Below, in pieces: positions 1 through 12,400 of a stretch of 64,000 nt of DNA. This DNA is from Felis catus (taxonomy: Eukaryota). A model generated the notes under the pieces. The model searched no databases. It was not told where the DNA came from and saw only the letters and a program-made list of their open reading frames with translations. A program made the translations under genes and the position numbers. The stretch is taken from assembly GCF_018350175.1 (NCBI RefSeq), contig NC_058383.1, forward strand, positions 23,252,001 through 23,316,000, read 5' to 3'. Each line of letters begins with the position of its first letter. Position 1 is the stretch's first letter.

Positions 1-1356
1 GTCAGGCTGGTTCAGCCTCCTGGGCCCGCAGGTACAATGGGTCCCAATGTTTGTCCTGATTGTCACAGGCTCTGGCCCCGACAGCTGCCTGTGCCAGCTC
101 TCAGCAATGACGTTCACAGTAAATAATGCCTTTTCCCAGACAGCATATGGCCTTGGCAGAGTTTGGCATTCAAGAGGCACAGACTCCCGGCTGGCCAGGC
201 TCACCACCTGAGCCATTCTGGCAAAGTCAGGCCACGCCGGGACGCATGGGCTGGGGGGCTTGAACAGGGATCTCTGGGAACTAGGCTTGCGCAGAGGACA
301 GCCTGGTACAGCTGCCCAGAACCTGGAGACGGGGTGCCGGGGAAGAACACTCACCTTCGGGGTTTTCTACCGAATGGAAATGGAGGGAAGAGTTTTCCAG
401 CTTGGCTTACAGTTGAAGTGGGGTCAACTGTTTGCACAACTGACTACAGTTACTCCTCTTCCTGTAGTGACCTCCTTTGGGAGAACCTTCTCACGGTGCC
501 CCCAAAAGTCGGCCACATTGACTTCCTCCAGCCAACAGGTCGGTAGCAAGTGTGACACATGCTACCGTCACGTCAAAAGCGCCCGTGCATCGGGGCTCCC
601 GGAACCCCACGGCCACCGCGGGGCAGGCCCAGGCTAACCCGCTGGAGGATGGCAGGCCGTCTGGGGACGGGGCCCCCCGCCGTCTCAGGTGTCCTGGGCC
701 AAGCCCCACACACTAGCCAGCCCCGGTCAGCCGAGTGATTGGCCACAGCTGCCGAGCCTGGCCTAGACCAGAAGAACCGCCCAGGGGAGCTCAGGCCAAA
801 GCGCCAACCTGCATAGTTGCCAGGCTCCATCAACAGCCGTTGCTTTAAGTTTTGAAGTGGCACAACGAAAGCACACGGGTTTTATGTGGTCAGAGACTGC
901 CAGACTCAGACCCGTATCTGTTCAGAACATCCCCGATTAGTTCTGTATAAAGTCTGGGACAAAGGGAGCGATCGGGTATTCAAAACTACCTGCACCAGGA
1001 ACAAAAAGCCATGTCGTACTGTTTCCTCGCTTCCAGTCTAAGGTATCTATCTGTTCCCCCAGAAGTTTTAGTTGGCGGTAAGTAGTAGTCAAGGGAAAAT
1101 GGTCCAAGGAGGTTGACATTAAAACGAAGTAAGACTTAATGGACATTTAAGTGTCTACTATATGCCAGACTCTGAACTTGGGGTTTTAAACACCCCATTC
1201 TCCATGTCATTCGCATCCACCACCCCATTTGATAACCCACGGCATGGAGGCTTCCACAGGTTCGAAAGCCCAGGCCCGCCTGGGGATGTGGCATTGTTTT
1301 CCCTCAGGATGGAGGAGCCAGGGTGTGAAATCTCCGCTAACTCACAGTTCTGCACT

Positions 1357-1570
1357 TTCTTTTTCTTTTTTTTTAGATGTTTTATTTATTTTTGAGAGAC
1401 AGAGCACGAGTAGGGGAGGGGCAGAAAGAGAGAGGGAGACACAGAATCAGAAGCAGGCTCCAGGCTCCAAGTTATCAGCACAGAGCCCAAAGCGGGGCTC
1501 GAACTCATGAACAAGATCATGACCTGAGCTGAGGTCAGACACTTAACTGACAGGGCCACCCAGGTGCCCC
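1357..1570 (-). mobile_element. Can-SINE (SINEC, felid type) inserted in the tail of the neighbouring SINE
   Basis: tRNA-derived head ...cacccaggtgcccc, (GA) tract and poly-T. Confidence 0.92.
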
Positions 1571-1789
1571 TCTTTTTTTTTCTTTTTAATATTTATTTAT
1601 TTTGCAAGAGAGAAAGAGTGTGAGTGCGTGCAGGGTAGGGGCAGAAAGGGAAAGGGAGAGAGAATCCCAAGCAGTTTCCATGCTGTCATCACAGAGCCTG
1701 ATGCAGGGCTCAAACCCAGGACCATGAGATCACGAGCTCAGCCGAAATCAAGAGTCAGATGCTTAGCCGAATGAACCACCCAGTGCCCC
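1571..1789 (-). mobile_element. Can-SINE (SINEC)
   Basis: SINEC body. TSD-like acagttctgcactttc / acagttcagcattttc flanks the SINE pair. Confidence 0.9.
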
Positions 1790-1879
1790 ACAGTTCAGCA
1801 TTTTCATGACAGCACAGGATTCCCGTTCTGATGGACACTGATTCCCCACCACTCATGTACCATGTCCTTTTCTGAACAC

Positions 1880-2065
1880 TTTCCGTGAATAATAAACATA
1901 ACCCTTAACTCTAACCCAACAGTGTGGGAACTACTGTGGTCATCACTTTACACGTGAAGAATCTGAGGTGCGGAGGGGTTAAGAAATTTGTGTGTGGTCA
2001 CAAATGATGATGAGCGGTCAAGCCAGGATTTGACATGGGACCGTCTGCCTTGAGAGCCCAGTTTA
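1880..2065 (-). mobile_element. MIR SINE relic
   Basis: Core-like gaagaatctgaggtgcggaggggttaagaaatttg...ggtcaca...ccaggatttga. Confidence 0.7.
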
Positions 2066-2155
2066 ACTGGATTGTTCAACAGTAGTGACTCGAAGTCTAG
2101 AAGTCATTACATGAATAGCTCCTTCTCATCTGCCTCTCAGAAACCAACACTAGGG

Positions 2156-3723
2156 TAATCCCTATCACAATAACACCAGCATTCTTCACAGAGCTAGAAC
2201 AAACAATCCTCAAATTTGTATGGAACCAGAAAAGACTCCGAATAGCCAAAGCAATCTTGAAAAAGAAAACCAAAGCAGGAGGCATCACAATCCCGGACTT
2301 CAAGCTGTACTACAAAGCTGTAATCATCAAGACAGTATGGTACTGGCACAAAAACAGACACATAGATCAATGGAACAGAATAGAGAACCCAGAAATGGAC
2401 CCACAAACAGATGGCCAACTCATCTTTGACAAAGCAGGAAAGAATATCCAATGGAAAAAAGTCTCTTCAGCAAATGGTGCTGGGGAAACTGGACAGCGAC
2501 ATGCAGAAGAATGAACCTGGACCACTTTCTTACACCAGACACAAAAATAAACTCAACATGGATGAAAGACCTAAATGCAAGACAGGAAGCCATCAAAATC
2601 CTAGAGGAGAAAGCAGGCAAAAACCTCTTTGGCCTCAGATGCAGCAACTTCTTACTCAACATGTCTCTGGAGGCAAGGGAAACAAAAGCAAAAATGAACT
2701 ATTGGGACCTCATCAAAATAAAAAGCTTCTGCACAGTGAAGGGAACAATCAGCAAAACCAAAAGGCAACCGATGGAATGGAGAAGATATTTGCAAACAAC
2801 ATAGCAGATAAAGGGTTAGTATCCAAAATCTATAAAGAACTTATCAAACTCAACACCCAAAAAACAAATAATCCAGTAAAGAAATGGGCAAAAGACACAA
2901 TAGACACTCTCCAAAGAAGACATCCAAATGGCTAACAGACACATGAAAAAATGCTCAACACCACTCATCATCAGGGAAATACAAATCAAAACCACAATGA
3001 GATACCACCTCACACCTGTCAGAATGGCTCACATTAAGAACTCAGGCAACAAGGGATGTTGGCGAGGTTGCGGAGAAAGAGGATCTCTTTTGCATTGTTG
3101 GTAGGAATGCAAACTGGTGCAGCCACTCTGGAAAACAGTATGGAGGTGCCTCAAAAATTTAAAAATAGAACTACCCTATGACCCAGCATGGCACTACTAG
3201 GTATTTATCCAAGGGATACAGGTGTGCTGTTTTGAAGGGGCGCATGCACGCCCATGTTTATAACAGCATATCAACAACAGCCAAAGTATGGAAAGAGCCC
3301 AAATGTCCATCGATGGATGAATGGATCAAGAAGATGTGGTATATATATACAATGGAGTATTGCTTGGCAATCAAAAAGAAAGAAATGTTGCCATTTGGAA
3401 CTACGTGAATGGAACTGGAGGGCATTATGCTAAGCGAAATTAGAAAAAGACAAATATCATAGGACTTCACTCCTATGAGGAATTTAAGATACAAACAGAT
3501 GAACACAAGGGAGGGGAAGCAAAAAGAATACAAAAACAGGGAGGGGGACAAAACATAAGAGACTCTTAAATACAGAGAACAAACTGAGGGTTGCTGGAAG
3601 GACTGTGGGTGGGGGGCTGGGCTAAATGGGTAAGGGGCATTAAGGAATCTACTCCTGAAATCATTGTTGCACTAGATGCTAACTAACTTGGATGTAAATT
3701 TAAAAAAAAAAAAAAGAAAAAAA
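2156..3723 (+). mobile_element. 5'-truncated carnivore L1 (ORF2 C-terminal part, 3'UTR, poly-A) with perfect 17-bp TSD
   Basis: ORF2 fragments [49 protein letters not shown] and PKCPSMDEWIKKMWYIYTMEY in shifted frames; poly-A; TSD agaaaccaacactaggg at 2139-2155 and 3724-3740. Confidence 0.97.
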
Positions 3724-4854
3724 AGAAACCAACACTAGGGCCCCAGGTAGAGAAGTGGAATGCCTAAAAAGTCCGTGTTTGGGATTCTGTAAGATGAGAT
3801 GCAGGAGAATCTTGTGTCTGGGGTCCAGAGGTGCCCCCTCCTCCACTCTCAGCGGAGCAGCCCACCATCCGGTGGTGGTGCCGGAACGGCAAGGAAAGAC
3901 ACCCGCCAGGTCAGACGCCAGCAAGGGTCAGTGGGACAGGCTGGCTGGCCTGCTGGCTGCACACCTCACCTAAAGACAAAAGCATTTCTCTCTACCTGCT
4001 TGTTAGAAAGCAAAGATGTGGGTCCACCATTGCCCAATTTTCCCATTTTTCAAGACCGGCCAGAAATTTACTGATACCATGTGCTACTTTTAAGTCAGCA
4101 CCCAGCGGGAAAAAAATTTTTTTCCTCAACATACCATGTGAGCCAAACAAAACTTGTCTGGGCCAAATATTGCCCAAGAGCAGCATTTGCTACATTTGGT
4201 ATAGAAGATAAAACTCAGGGTAAATGACAATAAAAATCAGAATGAGTTTAAGGGGGAACCGATCTCCTGGAAAATAAGTCTGGAATAATCATCTTTAGGG
4301 TCGATATGAGAAGTGAAGGGTGGATTATTAAATAGTCTCTCACTTGGGTTTATCTCCAGGGCTGCCATTTGACATCCTAATACTCAGCTGACAAATCGCA
4401 AAGCTGTCCCACTTCTGTGTAGAGAGCAGATTTACAAGCCAAGTTCTGAAATTTTCGTCTCGGAGCGTCTGCTGTGTCGCTGGTTCTTTGGGTACCTACG
4501 GTATACAGATCTCATTCCCATCAACAACAAACAGACTGTCTGGGGAAGCACAAGGCACCATCTGTAACCGTTCCACTGGCACCCAGTGAAATGTCTGTGT
4601 GCCCGGTCAGTTCCCCACAGGGCTCTTCCAGGCCTGTGTGCACCTCCCAGGCGAGGCTCCCCTGGCCCTGGAAATGAATTCTGGTCCCCGCAAAACATCA
4701 CAGTCGGGAGCCACACAGGTTTCTAGCCAGTGAAGTGTTTCCAACAGCGGCTGCTCTCAGTGTAGGAGCCTCACGAGCTTTCCTGGGACTCGGCTTCCAA
4801 ATTCCAGGCCCCTGAGGTGGGTTGGGGGTGGGGAAGGATAATGGACCAGGCTCC

Positions 4855-5540
4855 TTCATTCATCAAATATTTACTGAGCATCTACATATGCCAGGCCCAT
4901 GTTCCAGAGACCAGAAGGAGACTGAAAAGAAGAGATGAAAATCCCTGCCTTCGTGGGGATTGTGTTGTTTTGGGGAGCTGGACAATAAACAAGTGAATAA
5001 AAACCAGATGTACATCATTTAGAGGATTCCAAATGCTAAGGAGAATAAATAGAGCGGGAACAGGAAGGTTCAAGTTTACAAAGGCCATTCAAGGAAGGCT
5101 TTGCTCAGAAGGGGTGTCTGAGCAGAGACTCGAAGGGAGGGAGGGAGCGGGGCATGAGGCTCTCCGAGGAGCGGGCAGTGCAGGCGGAGGTGCGGACACA
5201 GGTGCCCGGTCCCCAGTCCCCGAGGCGGAGGTGGGTCGTGCTCAGAGTGGAAAGGAAGCCAGTGTTCCCGGCACAGAAGGGGCAAGGCAGAGAGTGCCGG
5301 GAGAGCAGATCAGAGACGAATGGAAGAAGCGGGGGTGCAGGACCTTGGAGGTCATCGAAGGGCTTGGATGTTTACTCTGAAGGAAATGAGCAGCAAAGGA
5401 GTGACCTGATGTGACTTACGTCTTAGCAGCTCCCACAGGCTGCAGTGCAGGGGGTGGATGGGCAAGAATCAGGAGGCTGTTCAGCGTCCTTCACAAAAGA
5501 GATGATGGTGGTGTGTCTGAGAAGCAGTCAGGTTGTGGGG
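4855..5540 (-). mobile_element. L2 LINE 3' fragment
   Basis: cattcatcaaatatttactgagcatctacatatgccagg L2 tail, followed by typical purine-rich L2 body. Confidence 0.75.
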
Positions 5541-5719
5541 ACATCCTAGTCCCCAAAGCCTCAGTTACTCCACCCACCACAGCCTATCGGGCATTCCTGG
5601 TGGGATTCGGGGGGGGGGGGCATGGATTCCCTGAAATTGTCAGCAACATGTTGTTTGTGTCTGGTACGCATCTGGGAGGGTCAGCATAGGCAGTGCATCC
5701 CGGGGACTGTAAACTGTGC

Positions 5720-5915
5720 TCTACGGTCAAATGGCCCGAGTCCAGATCATCCTCTATAACCCTGGGCAAGCTTTGAAACCTCTAAGCCTGAGGATCCTCA
5801 CCTGTAAACACAAGGATATGAATAACTGTACCCACCTTGTGAGTTTAACGTGAGAATTTAAGGCTATGTTTGTAAAACACTTCATAGTAAGTGCTCAATA
5901 TACATCAGCTATTTT
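5720..5915 (+). mobile_element. MIR relic
   Basis: ctgggcaag...cctctaagcct...cctcacctgtaaa...catagtaagtgctcaata. Confidence 0.7.
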
Positions 5916-6984
5916 TTTAATCCAATTTTCTGAAGGCATTGGTGACCCAAATAAGGCTGAGATGCCAAGACCTTAGACCTCAGCTGGACCACAGGTGATG
6001 TAAAAGGGTTCCTTCTGCTCCCCCGGCTCAAATTAAAAGCAGGCTGAAGATCTGGGGGGTATGGTCCAGGCCTGCTCTATAATCTTAAACCAGGAAACTG
6101 AGTCTTGGGTGGGTTTAAGTAGTTTGCAAAAACCTACCCAAGATCACAGAGCTTTTAGAAACTGGCAGAGCTGGCTTCGAACCCACAGCTGTCGAATGCT
6201 AAAGCCCCATCGTGAACAAGGCCACACCGCCTCCCGAATGTGGTAGAGGACTTCTCAAAGGTTTGTCCAGCAGGGCTGGCGAGGCGGCCTCTAACAGACG
6301 GCAAAGGCGGTACCAGCCCTGCCTTGGAGGGCTGGTTTTCCAGAGACCCCTTCTCTGGCTTCACTGGGCCTCCTTCTGTTCTTCGAACAACATAAATCCC
6401 AGCTGCAGCTCTCACTGTGTAATACCTGTCAGGAAAATGCTAATTTCATTGCAGGTCCCACTGCTGCTCAGATGATCACAAACAGGTCCATCAAAAATCC
6501 TCAAGGGACAGCATTTCCAAGTGATTCCCCCTGTAGACTCTACCGGTGGAGCCTCTTAAAACTGCTGCTTCATTAATGGGCCATCTTCATACTTGTTAAT
6601 GTCTAATTACTGACACTAATGGGCCCATGTATTTTAAAAATGAAATTATGGGTTTTATTCAATTAGGAATTGCTGAATAAATCTGGCAGGGGACACAAAG
6701 GACTGGTAGTTAAAGAGACACCCCCAGCTCGGGAGACCCCAGGATGCTGTGGCAGCACAATTAACTCCCAAAAGAAACAAACCAATGCCCGGAATTGTAA
6801 GATGGGGCACGGTTGTGGACGAATTCATCTTTAGATGAACAGCAGTCCTGGGGAGGGCCCAGGCTCAGAAATGGCTCTGAAACTTAACTGCTGCTGACTT
6901 TAAAATATTTCCTGACTTTGCATTCTCTGGCTGATTTACATGGAAATAACATACCGGCTAAGTAAAAAGGGAAAACAGGGAAGA

Positions 6985-9540
6985 TCCTGCTAAACCCACT
7001 AAGCAGAGATAAACACTATTAACAGTGTGGTGTATATTCCTCCAGACTTTTTATGTTTCTATGTGAGTGATTCTGCACATATCGAGAATTTTCGGAGAGT
7101 AAAGAGAATCGCACTCAATGAATGCGGCGTTCCAAAACTTTTTACAACTTGTTAATACGCACTGGATGATATTCCGTATTAACAGTTTGCATTCATGTAT
7201 GTACCTCATTTATGTCAACAGTTGCACCATATTCTGTAACAATCTCCTACGTTAGATATTTGGCTGTTTGCACTTATTTTTTTAACAATTATTTTTGAGA
7301 GAGCGAGAGAGAGCAAGAGAGAGCGAGCGAACAAAGTGGGGGAGGGGCAGAGAGCGAGAAGGAGACACAGAATCCAAAGCAGGCTCCAGCCTCCGAGCTG
7401 CCAGCACAGTGCCCGATGCGGGGCTCGAACCCACAAACCACGAGATCATGACCTGGGCCGAAGTCAGATGCTTAACTGACTGAGCCACCCAGGCATCCCT
7501 GCATTTTTAAATATTCAAACAAAACTAAAACATGTTCGAGGTGAAAATCTATTCTTCCTTTCCTTGAAACGGTTTTTCTAAAAAGCAGAATTTCTGGGTG
7601 TGACTAAGTCTAATCAAGCTTCTCAACAAACCACCACCTTCCCTTCTAGAATAGTTACACCAATTGGTATCCAAAATAGCACTAGAAGAGGATAGTTTTC
7701 ACATTTCCCAACTTCACAGGTCAAAGAATGCTACCAAAATTTGACTTTTTTCTCAGGACTACTGAATGGGGCATTTTCCCTTCCTTTGTAAATTGTCCGT
7801 TTGTATTTCTGCCTTTGCACACTCTGTGCTTTGTCCTCTATTACTTGGGCTGCCTTCTGCTCTACCTTTGTGAATTTTTCTTAGCGTAAAAATGCCTTTA
7901 CACTTTCATGTAGTCCAATTTCTTAGCTGTCTCCTTTATGTTTTCTGTCTTGGGTGTCGTGTTTTGAAATTTTTTACCATTCGGTGACTATAAAGTGGTT
8001 TTATCTTTAAAATCTAAATCTGTGATGACGATTAGGCGTGCTGATACACGTGAAGGAAGATTTCTTCTCCGAATGGCTAGCCAGTTGTCCCAGCACCGTC
8101 TGTTGGATAAATCTTTTCCATTGATCTAAAGGTCACCTTATCATATATTAAATTCAAATTTTTATGGATTTTGTCTATTCCACTGATCTTCCATAACCAT
8201 ACTACTCTTTTAATTATTACAAATGTAGATTTTAATATAACAATCTTACTCCCCGTGTTTACCATCTTCTCCAGTGCTCACGCGGATCTCCAGATGAACC
8301 TTCAAAGTCAAGGTTTTTCAAAAAACAGAAAAAAGAAGTCAAGGTTTTTTCTTTTCATGGAGTTTCCATTTCACTGAATAAAAGGAACTGCAGAAGAATT
8401 GACATCCGGGTATGTGCCAGACTACTCACTTACTCAGACCTTCTGTTTACAGTATCTAGTAAAGTCCTATGGTTTCCTTCATACAGATTCATTGTGTGTA
8501 TTTATTTAAGTGTTTAACGTTTTTGTTTCTGTTATAAACAACCTTCCCACAACACACACACACCATATTATTGAACTGGCTACTGCGTACGCGCGTGTGT
8601 GTTTCCCCGTTTGCCAAACTTTGCTAAGCTCTCTTATTCCTTCTAACAGACTGCCAGTTCTGTTTGGCTTTGTGCACACACAATACCATCATCTGCTATT
8701 TCTTGGAAAAAAAAAATGACTCCTTTTCAGGATTTGTGTCTATTTTCTCTTTTTTCTTTTCTTATTGCATTGGTGATACCTTCTACAACGATAGTAGGTA
8801 AATACACTTATTCTAGTGCTGATCTGGGCTTTCAACGTGACGCAGGGAGTCAATCAGATAAATAAAAAAGAGCATTCTCCAGTCCTAATTCAGTATTTTG
8901 TGACCACTGACTTCCAGCGATGCCTAACTTAAAAGCCATCCAAATTCAGCTTTTTTCTTTCTTTTCACCTGCTGTAGTGCCTTGATGGCGTTGGCAGGCA
9001 TCCTGACGACAAGCTAGTCTTAGTGCTCTTGGAAGAAATACTACGTGGCTATGCCATGGTCCCCTTTTATTCTCTAGATACGTATTTCTTTTTGCTAATT
9101 TAGCCGAATACTATTTGCTCCTGCATCAGTCAGGTTTTCTGCGTCTGTATTCAGCATCTGGTATCAGGGCAATCTGGCTACTTGCTAGCAAAATAAACAG
9201 GGAAATATGTTTTTCATACCTATGTCTGGAACAGCATAAAGAATCCAGTTCCCTGAGGATCTGACTGAACTCACACATCAAATATTTTTGGTCTAGCAGC
9301 TTTGGGGGGCCATTATTTGCAAATATGTACATATCAGTACATTTTCAGTTTTTCTAGATCTTTTTGAGTCAGTTTTTTCCCCAGAGGACCATCTGCTTAA
9401 ATGAGGTTTTCCCTAATAAGTGCGATAAGTATTTTTGAAATCTGTTTTGCCTTTCTAACATTGTGCACGTGACGGTTTTTTTCTCCCTTGATTTACCTAT
9501 CCAGAGACCTATTCTGCCTTTTAAAAAAAGCAGTACTTGG
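6985..9540 (-). mobile_element. Old L1 (L1M-type) relic, interrupted by a SINEC
   Basis: T-rich degenerate L1 3'-end and ORF2 antisense phrases (tatattcctccagactttt, ccagttgtcccagcacc). Confidence 0.6.
7275..7499 (-). mobile_element. Can-SINE (SINEC)
   Basis: Full SINEC body ending gagccacccaggcatccc. Confidence 0.93.
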
Positions 9541-9599
9541 GGATATTAGCCATAGGGTCTTGAGGGCCACGCTCCTGGAAGAAGTAGTGAGTGGGTGAT

Positions 9600-10010
9600 T
9601 TGTACGCCCACAGTCACTACGAAAGGTATATTCCGGGCTGACACCTCCCTCTCGGTGAGCAGCCCCTCACCCACAGGACTGCCCCCCTGTGGCCACGTTT
9701 GGACTGCAGAGCCTTCCCCTCACTGATCTGGGCTGGACCAGGGGCAGACACGTGGTTCAGGCTACAGCAGCCAAACAATCTCCCCTGGGAACGTGGAACT
9801 GAGCATCAGAGATGCCAGCGCATGTCTTGTCTGTCATTTGCTCAAACAGGTAACTACTGCCTTGGTCCCTGGCTGCAGTGCTTTGTGAGGTGCCGCCATA
9901 TTTCCTATACTTAGTTCCATGAAATATCCCTGTAATTCTCTAATAAATCCCATTTTCTGCTTTACCTTGAATAAGGGCCTTCCCCTTGTGCACTCCTTAG
10001 ATAAGACCCT
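9600..10010 (+). mobile_element. MaLR LTR (MLT1-like) relic
   Basis: 3' end ...ctctaataaatcccattttctgcttta typical of MLT1. Confidence 0.5.
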
Positions 10011-11919
10011 CATAGAGCTTAGCAAAGCCTTGCTCTTTTAGGTTTTCTGGCCTTAGCCCAGAAGCCCAAAGCCCTCCACATATGGACCCCCCAATAATGG
10101 CACGTGCCCTGGGTTCTGCCTCTCTGCCTGTGCCCTGCCTTGATCTCCCCATGTGACCCCTCCTGATGTGCCGTGTACTTCCTCCACGACCCGTGCGTCA
10201 TTAATGTCTCTATTCCAATTTCTCTTGTGGTCTCTTGTTGAACCTCCTCACCATCTGGCGCCCTGTGCTCCACTTGACAAACGTTAATTTCGCAAAGTCC
10301 TAACACGTGGTCACACGAGCTCCATGATTAGGGGCTTTCAGATGAAGCGAGGAACCTGCCAAACTCAACACAGGAAGGAACGCTGGAGCCTGGTCACGGG
10401 TGCCAGGAGTTATGATGAGTCAAGAGGGTGGTGGCCATTTGCCACTGAACTTCTTGCATGGCCTGGAAAACTATGGGTCGTGCTAAAAAACTAACCACAA
10501 CCTGAAACAAAAAGGGGAGAGAATTTTCGCCACAAAATGGGAAGATGCAGACCCAGTGGGACCCAGGGGTTCAGATGATGCCCTCGGAGCTTGGGCTCTC
10601 TCTGCTCTTCTCAGATCTGACTCCCTCATTGTCTTACCCACGTGGCAGGAACAGACATCCTACTGGCCCAACAACCCCAGCGAAGAATGTGAGCATCCTG
10701 ATGACTCTGTCAGGACTGTCCTGAGGCAGACACTACTGCTGGCTTGTGCCGAGAACCAATCGCCACTCCCGGGGCGGGGAATGGACGTTCTCAGATGTGT
10801 GAGACCTGGAGGTGGGTGTGAGGGCAGAGGTGCAAAAAGCTGGGCGGTGGTGCACAGACTGAGATTTCAGTTGGAGGGGTAGGTGGTGGAAATAATCATA
10901 GAAGTCTCAACCACGTGCCTTCATCTCGAGGGTCACAAGGTTGCTTTTTATTTTGTTTTATCCCAGGTGGAGTTGTTTCCTGTCAAGTTCAAGTTCACAG
11001 GACGAGGCAGACTGGGCCCAGGAATTCTTAGGACGCACTGGCACTGGCAGGTATTGATGGTCACTTTTGCCCCATGGCATCTTAAAGGCAGCACGGGACG
11101 GCAAAATCGTTACCTGCTTTCTCTGCTTTTAGCGGGTTCATGGGGAAAGTAATAAAGTCTAACTAAATAGGGATACCATAAATTCAAAAGCAAACACTGT
11201 CATTTTAGCCACGGCCATTTAAGAAGTGTAACTCAAGTTTCCCTTGGCATCTACTATCTTCCAAGCTGTCCTAGGTACCAGAGACACCTGCAGTGAATGG
11301 AGCAGTCCTGGGTCCCGCTCTCACAGGCTGCCTTCCGCGTTCCCATAGGACACGTTCCAAAGCTTTCTCTCCAGCCCATCCTCCTTTTCTCTTGGCTGTC
11401 AGCCCTGCTCAACTTCTCTGGAAAAGTGAGAGCCACCAACCACGCCTTGCTACCCCCTGAGCCCGGGCACGTCACAGACGTGGAGAAAGCTGGTTCTCCG
11501 GCCGGCCTCCTGCGAACAGGCTCTGATCCACAAGGACAGCAGCGGGGGCCGCAGAAGGTGTCTGAGTGTTCCAAGTCTAAATGATCCAGCAGCCCGGGGT
11601 GGGTAAGCTCAAGCACTACAGGAACCAGGCAGGTAATGGAAACGGAGAAGATGGGAAAAGTTGAAGACAATCGATGCCAAGGGCCGGGATTGCAGCAGTA
11701 ACAGGTGGCTGGTTAGTTTGCCTTTAAAACACCGTGGGAGGCCAATCAAACCACTTCAACAGATCCACAGGCTCCAGCCAGCGCCACGGTCTGCCAGCTT
11801 GCAACCTGTACGGCTGCTTCTCTTCAAAGAAATGGAGGAGAAGCCTGCCTTGCGAATGAGACACCCACACCAGCTGCCTTTAGATCCTGAAACAAGAATG
11901 CCTAATTGGCCCGTGAGTC

Positions 11920-12400
11920 CATTCATTCATGCATGTATTCTACAAATGCTTACTGAGCACCTAGGGAGCGCAGGGTGCTGTGCTAGGCATGAAAAACGGT
12001 GGTAAAGGAAACCCCGCTGTCACTACGCTCCTGTTGCTGAGGTGGGGGTGGACGAGGAGTGAAAATCTAACAGGTAAGTGAAATGTGTTAAAAAGAAAAT
12101 AGACAGCACAGGAGAGGCTACTCTGGACAGAAAAGGTCTCTCCGATGGGATATACTGGGCTCGGCTGTGAAGACGACCGGGAAGCAGGGCCCTCCAGGGA
12201 ACGAGGGTGACTGAGGCGGGGAAGCAGTTCGGCGGGTTCAGGAAACACAGGAGGCCAGCAGCGAGAGCGCAGTGGCCAAGTGGGCACAGGAGGCGAGGCT
12301 CAGAGGCTGGCGGTGGCCAAGGTCTGAGAGGCCGAGGTAAGAGGTTTGTATCTCATTACTTGGAAGCTCCACTGACTCGAGAAGGAGGCTCCCTCCCCAC
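11920..12400 (-). mobile_element. L2 fragment
   Basis: attcattcat...aaatgcttactgagcacct...tgtgctaggc. Confidence 0.65.

Noticed and set aside
2194..3551. ORFs of 65-174 aa as possible genes
   Set aside because: Frameshifted pieces of L1 ORF2 or their antisense frames.
7215..7488. Recurrent MAQSV.../SAQVMIS... ORFs here and at 15.1, 23.2, 44.8 and 58.1 kb
   Set aside because: Translations of Can-SINE sequence, not a gene family.
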